From assembly GCA_963775465.1 (NCBI GenBank), contig CAVZIW010000014.1, positions 1 through 48,235 of the forward strand: 48,235 bases of DNA, read 5' to 3'. Under the pieces are notes generated by a model. That model saw only the letters and a list, made by a program, of their open reading frames with translations, had not been told where the DNA came from and searched no databases. The DNA comes from Candidatus Bathyarchaeota archaeon. Lineage in GTDB: Archaea; Thermoproteota; Bathyarchaeia; Bathyarchaeales; Bathycorpusculaceae. Below, in pieces: positions 18,336 through 27,298 of this stretch (its first letter is position 1; the number at the start of each line of letters is the position of its first letter). Position numbers and translations under genes: made by a program.

Positions 18336-19676
18336 TCAATAGTATTTTTCTGCTAATTCCCGCGCTTTTTTATCCTCAGGGCTCTCTTGAGTTTCTCCAG
18401 TTGACTCTTCGTCTTTGTCATCGGTTCTGTTTCTTTTTTGTTTCTTTGCATTTTCTTTTTCAACGATTTTCTTTGCCTTTTCAACGTAACTAGTGAGATC
18501 TCTATCCTTCATAGTCTTCTCTGGCAGTGTCTCAGGTGCGTAGATCAAAGGTAGAACAGCGATAAATAGGAAGAAACTCGCAATAGAAAATGCCGAAGCC
18601 GGATTTTCTCCAATAATCTTAGCTGAAGGTCCCATTAATATAGGTACAAAACCAGCTAAGAGATAGGGTAGTCCTCCTAAAACATAGTATTTTTCCCTTT
18701 GAAAGCCTTCCGAAAGGTCCCCCCAAAGTGTCATGAAAAACACAGCTGCAAACATTCCCCAAGCTGCGCCATCTAAGCCTATGTAAATGTAATGTGAAAT
18801 GGCGTTGTCAGAGAATAAGCTAAGTATTGCGTACTCTATGCCAAAGAAAATAAAGCCTGTTATGACGACTCGCTTTCTACCAATACGATCTGCTAATGTT
18901 CCGCCAACGATTGCAAAGATGCCTGAAATTGCGAAGGTAATGATTCCTGCTATAGATGCAAAATCTCCAAGTATAAATTCAGTGATTGGGGATTCAGTAA
19001 AGTTAACAAGCGAAAACATTATCCATGGTACTAAATACAGGATTAGATCGCGTCGTCCCAGGATTCGTTTATACTTTTCAGAAGGTTTTGAGGTACTCGG
19101 CTCGTATTTTGCTTTGGTTAGTGCGAGAAAGAAGATAAGGCCAAGGGTTCTCCAAAGAGTGAGCAATCCGGATCCGAATAAGGGTGCCGTGGTTTCACCA
19201 AGTGTTAGTATATAGCTCCATGTTAGAACGCCGATTAGAACACTAAATCCTGTCGTGAACCAAATGATCCCACCTAGCATACCTCTTTTTGCTATTCGTG
19301 TTGAATTGGCGAAGAAGGATAGAGCGGATGGTAATCCTATTCCGACTGATGCGCCTAAGAGTATAAACAGTATCAAATTTGTGGATACGTTATTGTTTGG
19401 AATAGTTGATAAGGGGACTGTCATGATTGCTCCAAAAAGCATCCATAAAGCGAGACCATTTTTTCTTGCTCGAGGTAAGAGCCATGCTCCAAGGAAAGCG
19501 GTTGAAGCTATTGTGGCGAAGAAAGCTCCGTATAATGAGATTCTTGTGAAATATGTCAGGTTGTTTAGTGGGTCTGTGAATAGGAAAAAAATTAGGGTGT
19601 ACCAGATGAGGCTGTTGGCTACTATTATTAGTGCGGGCGCGAATTCTGGCCATTCGATTCCTTTAGGGATGTTCAT
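18336..19676 (-). CDS. MFS transporter
   Basis: About 12 TM helices; MFS motif A GGTLADRIGRKR; C-terminal APETLPE. Confidence 0.88.
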   Translation of the reverse strand: MNIPKGIEWPEFAPALIIVANSLIWYTLIFFLFTDPLNNLTYFTRISLYGAFFATIASTAFLGAWLLPRARKNGLALWMLFGAIMTVPLSTIPNNNVSTNLILFILLGASVGIGLPSALSFFANSTRIAKRGMLGGIIWFTTGFSVLIGVLTWSYILTLGETTAPLFGSGLLTLWRTLGLIFFLALTKAKYEPSTSKPSEKYKRILGRRDLILYLVPWIMFSLVNFTESPITEFILGDFASIAGIITFAISGIFAIVGGTLADRIGRKRVVITGFIFFGIEYAILSLFSDNAISHYIYIGLDGAAWGMFAAVFFMTLWGDLSEGFQREKYYVLGGLPYLLAGFVPILMGPSAKIIGENPASAFSIASFFLFIAVLPLIYAPETLPEKTMKDRDLTSYVEKAKKIVEKENAKKQKRNRTDDKDEESTGETQESPEDKKARELAEKYY

Positions 19677-19793
19677 TAGACCGGCCTATTTGTATCTGGT
19701 CTATTGATGATTAATCGGGTTTAACATATAACGTTTATTAATTTACCATACTGTATTTCTGTTCTACAGAAAATTTTAAGTAGTAGTTATGTT

Positions 19794-19862
19794 CTACACA
19801 TCTACTTGAGGAAAGAAAGGTGAAGGCAAAAAGAACCATTCCAGTACGGACTCTACCTCCAT
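19794..19862 (-). CDS. Putative 22-aa Trp-containing peptide (16 aa if CTG start); not in ORF track
   Basis: ATG 5 nt after the synthase stop; MEVESVLEWFFLPSPFFPQVDV*. Internal GGAGGT lies 10 nt before an in-frame CTG. Confidence 0.45.
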   Translation of the reverse strand: MEVESVLEWFFLPSPFFPQVDV

Positions 19863-19867
19863 AAGTA

Positions 19868-20857
19868 CTACAAATCCTCTAACATGGAAGATACCCACAG
19901 TTCAAGTTGATTTCGTAATAATACCTTACCATGTAGTACACGCAACAAGCAAATTGCCTGTGTGGAAAAATCTTCCATCTCTTTTTTTAGTTTTTTGACA
20001 GATTCTGTTTCAAAGACTGTTTCAATTAGTTTTTCTGCATCTTTCTTTGTTATTTTTGGTTTTGCTAAAATCTCATCGATTTGGTTTTTTGTGTTGCAAT
20101 TTTGCATTGCGATAATTATTGGGATAGGTAGGCGATCGATGTTTACTTTTTGCCGCAGCTCTTCTGCTTCAAAGACATCGATAAATTCCTCCCTTAAAGT
20201 GGTTAGGATGCCAAGTATTCTGCCGTATTGGCCCAGTGCTTTTATCTGATCTTCTGTTGCGCCGCCAAAAAGGGCTCCGAGACTCATATCAGCTTCGATG
20301 CTGGCAGCTTTCTTTTTAACAAAATCCAGATATTGTTCTGGTTTGCCTGTCACTTTTCCTTTAAATCTCAGTTCTAGTGCGTGTGCGTTGCCTACTTCAA
20401 ACAAGTTTGTTTTCAGAATATCTATGCTTTTTTGTATTTTGTTTGGTGCAATTTCGGCAGCTGATTTAACTAGAAGAGTAAAACCCTGTATTAGAAATGC
20501 GTTTCCCAAAAGAAGTGTTAGCTCTTGACCGTACTTGCCGTAGACAGTTGGTTGATTGTGTTTTGTTTCTGATTGGTCTATTATGTCGTCGTGTAGATCA
20601 AAGGCGGCTGCGACCATGGCTATGCTGGCTTGTATTGGTACGGAGTCATCTGGGTTTCCGCCTGAAGCTTCACATGCCAGAGAAAACAGGCCTGCATGGG
20701 TGAAATCGTACCAGTTGGCGATATAATGTTCCAGAGCTTCACGGAGTTTGGGGTAATCCATTTTTATGTTATTCATCGATGTTTTTGCTGATTCGAGTCC
20801 TTTGTTGCCCCTTAACGCGAGGTCAGCCATTAAGATTTTGGTGTTTTCGGATGGCAT
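19868..20857 (-). CDS. Polyprenyl synthetase-fold protein with degenerate active-site motifs (ComQ-like)
   Basis: First Asp-rich motif DLHDDIID intact; second motif reads REEFID; RRG loop replaced by TKHN; no GKRxR motif; GQ motif replaced by NAH. Confidence 0.85.
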   Translation of the reverse strand: MPSENTKILMADLALRGNKGLESAKTSMNNIKMDYPKLREALEHYIANWYDFTHAGLFSLACEASGGNPDDSVPIQASIAMVAAAFDLHDDIIDQSETKHNQPTVYGKYGQELTLLLGNAFLIQGFTLLVKSAAEIAPNKIQKSIDILKTNLFEVGNAHALELRFKGKVTGKPEQYLDFVKKKAASIEADMSLGALFGGATEDQIKALGQYGRILGILTTLREEFIDVFEAEELRQKVNIDRLPIPIIIAMQNCNTKNQIDEILAKPKITKKDAEKLIETVFETESVKKLKKEMEDFSTQAICLLRVLHGKVLLRNQLELWVSSMLEDL

Positions 20858-21001
20858 GCTGTACCATTATATAATTTGTTGTTTAAAAGACTGATTATTT
20901 GCTTCTAAATGAAGGCAGCTGTGAGGGACGGTTATTTGGTTTTTTTGTTTGTTGAGCCTGAGCATAACTCTTAATAGTTTACTGAGGCATTCAACAGTTT
21001 T

Positions 21002-23884
21002 ATGAGTGGACTTAAGCAAATCGAAGAGAAATGGCGAACCAAATGGGCAGATGCCCACTTGTTTGAAGCAGATCCGGATCCGAAACGGCAGAAAATTTTT
21101 GTTACTTTTCCGTATCCGTACATGAATGGGCCACTCCATGTAGGTCATGCTTTTTCTGCTTCGCGTGTTGATGCTTATGCTCGGTTTAAGCGTATGCAAG
21201 GTTACAATGTGCTTTGGCCTTGGGGTTGGCATTGGACTGGTCAACCTATCCTTGGAGCTAGTCAGCGTGTTGCTCGAGGCGATGAAGCGTTTTTGAAAAT
21301 ATTAAGAGAAGCCGATGGTGTGCCAGAATCTGAGCTTAAAAAATTTATTGACCCCATCTACATGGCTCAGTATTATACAAATGAAGGGCGTCTTGCCGCT
21401 ATAGGAGTTGGTTTTTCGGTTGATTGGCGCCGAGAATTTACTTCAGTTTTGCCAACCTATCAAAAATTTATTGAATGGCAGTATAAGAATCTGAAAGAAA
21501 AGGGCTATGTTACGCGTGGTACTCATCCCGTGGTTTGGTGTCCCAAAGACCAAAGTCCAACTGGTGACCATGACCGCCAAATCGGAGAGGGTGTTACCCC
21601 TGAAGAATACACTCTTATTAAGTACAAGCTGGATGAGAAGACTTTTTTGCCTGCTGCGACTTTTCGCCCTGAAACCGTCTATGGCATAACTAACATGTGG
21701 ATTAACCCCGATGCTACGTATGTTGAAGCAGATGTGAATGGAGAAAATTGGATAGTTAGTTTGGAAGCTGCTGAGAAGCTAAAAGAGCAGGAAAGAAAAG
21801 TTGAAGTGAAACGTTCTTTTAAGGGCAGAGAACTTATTGGCAAGACTTTCCAAAACCCCGTTACGAAGCTGGAATTTCCTATTTTGCCGGGGTGGTTTGT
21901 TGATCCCAAAACTGCGACGGGAGTTGTGTACAGTGTTCCTGCTCATGCGCCTTTTGATTGGTTGGCCCTGCGTGATCTAAAGCAAAAACCTGAGGTCCTA
22001 GCTCAGTTTGGGGTTGATCCGGAGGTTGTTTTATCAATTAAACCTGTTTCCATCATTAAAGTTGAGGGGTATGGAGAGTTTCCAGCGGTTGAAATTGTGG
22101 AGAAGTTGGGTATTAAGGATCAGAAGGATCCTAAAGCTGAGCATGCAACTGAAGAATTGTATAAAAAAGAGTTTCATGGAGGCGTTCTCAAGTCTAATTG
22201 TGGAATGTACGCTGGAAAGACTATTCGGGAAGCTAAAGATATCTTGATTGCAGATTTTGGCAGGCTTGGTTTTGCTGAAAAAATGTATGATCTGCGTGAA
22301 CCAGTGGTGTGTCGGTGCATGACGCCATGTCTCGTAAAGGTTCTTTCTGATCAATGGTTCCTAAACTATTCGGATGCCGCGTGGAAAGAGCAAGCTCATG
22401 CGGTCATAGCCCAAATGACAATTTATCCTGATTCGGCTAGACCTTGGTTTAATACTGTGATTGATTGGTTGCGGGAGTGGGCTTGTGCTCGGACGACAGG
22501 TTTTGGGACACCATTGCCTTGGGGTAAGGGCTGGATAATTGAAACTCTTAGCGACTCCACCGTTTATATGGCGTTTTATACCATAAACAAGCACATAAAT
22601 CAAAACCGCATCAAACCTGAAGCTTTAACGCCTGAAGTTTTTGATTACATTTTTTATGGCAAAGGAAACAAAGCTGAAATATCCAACTTAGTTGGGTTGT
22701 CTGTGGATTTGTTGGATTCGATGCGATCTGAGTTTCTTTATTGGTATCCTTTTGATTTGCGTAACTCAGCTAAAGAGCTTGTGCCAAACCACCTCTCTTT
22801 TTGTATTTTTCATCACGCTGCGCTTTTTCCGCCGGAACATTGGCCCAAAGCAATCGGCGTTAACGGCATGCTCATGATTGAAGGACAAGGCATGCATAAG
22901 AGCAAAGGCAACTTTGTAACATTAAAAGGCGCCATTGAAGAATATGGAGCTGACGCTACACGTTGTGCTTTGCTTTTGGGGGCGGAGGGCATGGATGATC
23001 CTGATTGGAGAGCGGAAAACGTTAGAGACCTGAAAACAAAGTTTGAAAGCCTTATGGGGTTTGCCAGCGGAATCCTTTCTTCGGCTACGAATGATGAGGC
23101 AACTGCCCTTGAACGGTGGCTTCAAAGTAAGCTCCAATACCGAATAAAAGAGGTAACTGCCGCTCTTGATGAACTTAAAACTCGTACGGCACTGCAGGTG
23201 GCGTTGTTTGAAGTTTGGAATGATTTGCGTTGGTACATTCAGCGGAAAGGTGCTGCTGATGCTTTAGTTTTGGGTGAAACGGTTAAGGTTTGGCTTAAGA
23301 TGCTTGCTCCGTTTTCGCCTTTTATATGTGAAGAGCTTTGGAGTCAAGCTGGCGAGGAAGGTTTTATCAGTGTGGCGGCTTGGCCAAGGTTTGATGCAGA
23401 TAAATTGGATTTGGCGGCGGTGGAGCAGGAGAACCTCGTAATTGAAGTCATGGCTGATACCCAAAATATCTTGAAAGCCATGAAGATATTTCCCAAACGG
23501 ATCTGCTACTATACTGCAGCGCCATGGAAATGGAAAATTTATCTAAAAGTTTTGGAGAAAACTCTTGCCGGCGGGGCAAACGTTGGTGCATTGATGAAAG
23601 AGTTTGCATCTGACCCAGACCTAAGAAACCGTATGAAAGAAATTTCAGGTATGGTTCCACGAATCATCAAAGCCTTAACTAAGGTTTCAGGGGAAAGAAA
23701 AGCCAACATGCTAAAGGTAAAAGTTGCAGATGAAAAAGCAATCTTGGAAGGTGCAGCTGTTTTTCTTGGGGAACGATTCAAATCTGAAACTTCAGTTTAC
23801 AGCGAAGAAGACCCACAACGCTTTGACCCCAAAAACCGAGCAGCCATGACCATGCCCTATCAACCAGCTATTTACATTGAATAG
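21002..23884 (+). CDS. leuS: Leucyl-tRNA synthetase (archaeal type)
   Basis: FPYPYMNGPLHVGH, HWTG, DHDR..GEG, editing domain AATFRPET/SVPAHAPFD, IETLSDSTVY, KMSKS variant GMHKS. Confidence 0.97.
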   Translation: MSGLKQIEEKWRTKWADAHLFEADPDPKRQKIFVTFPYPYMNGPLHVGHAFSASRVDAYARFKRMQGYNVLWPWGWHWTGQPILGASQRVARGDEAFLKILREADGVPESELKKFIDPIYMAQYYTNEGRLAAIGVGFSVDWRREFTSVLPTYQKFIEWQYKNLKEKGYVTRGTHPVVWCPKDQSPTGDHDRQIGEGVTPEEYTLIKYKLDEKTFLPAATFRPETVYGITNMWINPDATYVEADVNGENWIVSLEAAEKLKEQERKVEVKRSFKGRELIGKTFQNPVTKLEFPILPGWFVDPKTATGVVYSVPAHAPFDWLALRDLKQKPEVLAQFGVDPEVVLSIKPVSIIKVEGYGEFPAVEIVEKLGIKDQKDPKAEHATEELYKKEFHGGVLKSNCGMYAGKTIREAKDILIADFGRLGFAEKMYDLREPVVCRCMTPCLVKVLSDQWFLNYSDAAWKEQAHAVIAQMTIYPDSARPWFNTVIDWLREWACARTTGFGTPLPWGKGWIIETLSDSTVYMAFYTINKHINQNRIKPEALTPEVFDYIFYGKGNKAEISNLVGLSVDLLDSMRSEFLYWYPFDLRNSAKELVPNHLSFCIFHHAALFPPEHWPKAIGVNGMLMIEGQGMHKSKGNFVTLKGAIEEYGADATRCALLLGAEGMDDPDWRAENVRDLKTKFESLMGFASGILSSATNDEATALERWLQSKLQYRIKEVTAALDELKTRTALQVALFEVWNDLRWYIQRKGAADALVLGETVKVWLKMLAPFSPFICEELWSQAGEEGFISVAAWPRFDADKLDLAAVEQENLVIEVMADTQNILKAMKIFPKRICYYTAAPWKWKIYLKVLEKTLAGGANVGALMKEFASDPDLRNRMKEISGMVPRIIKALTKVSGERKANMLKVKVADEKAILEGAAVFLGERFKSETSVYSEEDPQRFDPKNRAAMTMPYQPAIYIE

Positions 23885-24175
23885 CCCATCTGAGTAGATT
23901 ATTTTCTACCTTACCATATTAGGAAGAATGATAAGAAGACTTGAAGACCTAAAACTAGTAAGCATAACCTATGAAAGAGGCAAAAGAGGAATAAGGAAAA
24001 TCAGCAAATCTAACCTAGAAAAAATTACATTAATCCTTCAATTATCTTACCATTTCATTATTTCTATTCAACTATGTTTATTCAGTACTTGAGAACCTAA
24101 GCAAAGTATCTTGAAAGATATTGACTCATAAGACTTGATTTTAGAAAGATTGTACTTGAAGAAAACTGGGGTATT

Positions 24176-24403
24176 CTAATTTTTTCTGGGTTGTTTTCTC
24201 CTAAACACAACTGTTCCAAGCAAGGTTGCTGTAGTAATGACTGCTATTATGAGAAGAATTACTGATGGAGACTCTGGAACTATTGGTGAAGGATTAACTG
24301 TTTGGTTGCTCATATTGCCAATTCCACTAAAGCAATGTGCTGAAGAGCAATTAAGTTTAAAGGGAGCAATTATCAGTAAAAGAGCTAAAGCTAAGCCTAA
24401 AAT
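24176..24403 (-). pseudogene. Remnant of a surface protein: signal-like segment joined to a PEF-CTERM-like sorting tail
   Basis: ILGLALALLLIIAP...MSNQTVNPSPIVPESPSVILLIIAVITTATLLGTVVFRRKQPRKN*; an in-frame TGA sits directly upstream. Confidence 0.5.
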
Positions 24404-24492
24404 TCAGTCAATGATAATGTGAATACCATTGACTTAATGCCTAGAAACATTGACGAAATAAAGCTGAATCGAGCTTGAAACCAAAAATAGAA

Positions 24493-24570
24493 GGGGCCGT
24501 CGGCTAGTTTGGTCCAGGCTTGTAGCCTCGGGCGCTATAGACCCCGGTTCAAATCCGGGCGGCCCCACCA
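24493..24570 (+). tRNA. tRNA-Pro(CGG) with encoded CCA
   Basis: GGGGCCG..GTAGC-CTCGGGC-GCTAT..CCCGG-TTCAAAT-CCGGG CGGCCCC A CCA; full cloverleaf. Confidence 0.95.
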
Positions 24571-24745
24571 AGAAACCTTGATTTTTGCATGAATTAACGT
24601 TATTTTTGGTATATATTGTTGAATATCCAGTGATTAGGTGGTTTCAAGTGTTTTTCAATGGTTTTTGAAAGATTAAACCTAATTCTTTGGATTTTGACAC
24701 TAATTCCTTGTCGAGATACAATACAACATTGCCTTTTTGTGCCAT
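24571..24745 (-). pseudogene. CcdA-like ribbon-helix-helix ORF (possible Int(N) fragment) with compensating frameshifts, reading into the antisense tRNA
   Basis: ATG 24745: MAQKGNVVLYLDKELVSKSKELG|FNLSKTIEKHLK|HLITGYSTIYTKNNVNSCKNQGFLVGPPGFEPGS... A -1 then a +1 shift restores the original frame. Confidence 0.6.
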
Positions 24746-25008
24746 AGCATTCGCATCCGCGGGCAGGCGAGAACAAACAAAGTAATAATTTTGTTAATGA
24801 AAAATAGTAAAATTTTCTTTCTAATGAAATATGTTTGGTGAATGAGATACAAAGATTATACTTACCATTTTCCCAGTCTTTTAACAAAGAGCAAAAATTA
24901 ACAAACTATAGCATAAAGCCACAGCTAACATTTTTTACTCGTTTCTTGCATAACGCTTATCCGCTACTACACAGAAAACTATCCACAGCCACTACAGGAG
25001 AGAAACGA

Positions 25009-25260
25009 ATGGGCAGTACAGAAACTGTTGAGCAGATACAACTTCGAGAATTCTTAAGACTAGTAAGTGAACTACAATCAAAAGGTAAAATTACAGGAAA
25101 ACAATTTCGAGAGTACCGCGAATTATGGATAAATCAACAACCGAATGATCGAGATGTTACAGTATGGAATCTTAAGCAACTTCTAAACGAAACAAAACCT
25201 GCATTGCCGAAAAATCAATCTGATGAAACGAAAAAAAAGCTAACTCGACAAAAACTTTAG
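25009..25260 (+). CDS. Hypothetical helical protein (83 aa)
   Basis: SD AGGAG before ATG 25009; QLREFLRLVSELQSKGKITGKQFREYRELW. Confidence 0.65.
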   Translation: MGSTETVEQIQLREFLRLVSELQSKGKITGKQFREYRELWINQQPNDRDVTVWNLKQLLNETKPALPKNQSDETKKKLTRQKL

Positions 25261-25834
25261 AAAACAATTGCACGATCCATCCTTCTTTACTAATAATTAT
25301 TCTCCACTTTCTTTCAACATTCAATATGATTTTTTTAAGCCATCAACGATTTTTCATTCGACGTCGTCAAGGAACTGACATTTGTCCTTTCTTTGGTTAA
25401 TACTTAACCCTTATCAGGATCGATAGTTTTTCAATTCCTTAATTGCTTGAACCCAATCCCAAAAAAGAGAAAAAGACTGATCTTAAAACGAAATCAGTTA
25501 AAATGTATCTTTAGAGTTCTTTATCGATGCAGAAATCTTAACGACAGTGTTAACTAGATCTTACGAAGATTTTTCGTTACTTATTTTAGTTATATTTGGT
25601 AGGAGGTCTCTTTAGCTTGATTCTTTATCTGGAAAGAAGATATCGTGGAACCGTGAAACAGAATGACATCTGCAAGTTAAGGTTAAAAAACCATCGTCAT
25701 TATCGTAGACCAGGATTTTCAGAATAGACTTTAATCAATTCAACCTTCTTAACCTAATGCGTTGAAATAGCTAGCTGCGGCAAATTGTAGTGAGGTCGTG
25801 CAATTGACTAAGTTGAAAACTTCGAGAAGATCAA

Positions 25835-26221
25835 TTGAAAAAGATAAGACAACTTATAAGAATTGGAGAAGACCACACATACCAATTTTTAGGGTTTGCT
25901 CTTAATTTAGAGACGAATCAACTTCATGACAAGTTTCATAAAGACATTATATATAACGATTGGTTTGTTCAAACCATTACGCTCCTGCTGGCTCATTATT
26001 CTTTAGTTAACGACGTAGCCAAGAAGGGTAAGTTGGTGAAGTTTAAGGATCTGCCAGGAGGATACGCTTACGAACGTGCGTTTACACAAAAGGGAGTTGA
26101 TCCCATAGCACAAGCTTTTGGCAACGTCACAGTTGAACTCGTGTAAACTGCAAAGCTATTTAGTGGGAAACAGTTGAATTACTGGGATATGTCTGTGGAG
26201 ATCCTGAATTGGAGGGAATGA
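25835..26221 (+). pseudogene. DUF3786-like protein, premature stop at 26146 and truncated
   Basis: LLAHY..GKLVKFKDLPGGYAYERAF....PIAQAFG. The frame continues past TAA as TAKLFSGKQLNYWDMSVEI, and the expected C-terminal part is missing. Confidence 0.6.
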
Positions 26222-26260
26222 TAAACTTAACCCAAACCATTTAGGATCGAAGGGTGTAAC

Positions 26261-27253
26261 TTGATGAATAAAAAAAAGATAGCCGCAGCTGCAGGAATAG
26301 TTGTTTTCCTTTTAGTTGCAGGATCATACTTTGGGACTCTAAATACACCTAGCGCAAATGCTGAAATTGAGTTAGGTGTTTGTCTTCATCTTTACCAATT
26401 TGACACTAACACCATAGAGCTTTTGGAACAAATAAATTCTAGATGGGTTAGAATAGATTGGATTCCTAACCAAATGGATAATGTTGTAAACGCTATGGAA
26501 GCAAATGGAATTAAAATTCTGGCGATTCTTGATCACAACACCATGAACTTTGCCGATCCTCCTAATCTTAATTTTTCCCTCTCTCAATGGACAATGACAG
26601 TCCAAAGTATAATGGCAACTGACGTCGCAAAGAAAGTTGATGCTTGGGAAATCTGGAACGAGCCTAACGTTGAAAAATTTCAGTTTGGTTACATGAATGG
26701 CAACCCGCATAACTATGCTGAGATGTTGAAATCTGCATCTCTCGCAATAAAATCCGTTTCTAACGCTTCGGTGCTTGCCGCAGGGTTATCTCCAGACTAT
26801 CCCGATTCGGCAAACCCCAATTGGAAAACATGGTTAATCGCTTTCAACGCCACTTCTTCTCAAAGCTTTTTTGATTTCCAGGGTGTTCATTTGTACGATG
26901 ATTTGGTCACAAACAGTCACATTTTAAGTCAAACTGAAGATATAATGAAAAAAGGTGTCTGGATAACTGAAATCGGTCGTCCTTCTGCACCAAGTCCATA
27001 TTCGAACCAAGATCAATCATCATATCTTTTTTCTAATTTCCAAATGTTAAGCGAAACAAATAATCCTGTTTTTTGGTACCAACTCAAAGATGAAACCGCT
27101 GGATCTCCTGAAAAAGAAAATCATTTTGGACTATTTGACGCCCAGAACAATCCCAAGGATGCATCAATCGCTTTTAGCGCATTTACTTCCATACCCTTAA
27201 CGGTTTTTCCTGTATTCGTAAACAAGCGCTCATTTTCTCATTTTTACTTCTAA
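26261..27253 (+). CDS. Secreted clan GH-A glycoside hydrolase (GH5/GH39-like)
   Basis: N-terminal TM/signal; WVRIDW, WEIWNEPN (acid/base), GVHLY, VWITEIG (nucleophile), FWYQLKD, HFGL. Confidence 0.85.
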   Translation: MMNKKKIAAAAGIVVFLLVAGSYFGTLNTPSANAEIELGVCLHLYQFDTNTIELLEQINSRWVRIDWIPNQMDNVVNAMEANGIKILAILDHNTMNFADPPNLNFSLSQWTMTVQSIMATDVAKKVDAWEIWNEPNVEKFQFGYMNGNPHNYAEMLKSASLAIKSVSNASVLAAGLSPDYPDSANPNWKTWLIAFNATSSQSFFDFQGVHLYDDLVTNSHILSQTEDIMKKGVWITEIGRPSAPSPYSNQDQSSYLFSNFQMLSETNNPVFWYQLKDETAGSPEKENHFGLFDAQNNPKDASIAFSAFTSIPLTVFPVFVNKRSFSHFYF

Positions 27254-27298
27254 TTTTACAAAGTTGGCAAACACGGATACCAAAATATCACCCGTTCA

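Noticed and set aside
10506-19862. Shared PFFP between the 10598 minus-strand mini-ORF and the 19862 peptide
   Set aside because: Both derive from CU-rich DNA, so chance similarity is likely; the 10.5-kb element is better explained as an RNA hairpin.
21507-23781. Many short tracked ORFs nested in leuS (and likewise in fwd, MFS, CDF and propeller genes)
   Set aside because: They are alternative-frame or antisense shadows of well-supported long genes, without SDs or motifs.
24600-24887. Tracked 95-aa minus-strand ORF with Cys cluster
   Set aside because: Only the FNLSKTIEKHLK stretch is meaningful, as the shifted part of the RHH pseudogene; the rest is off-frame.
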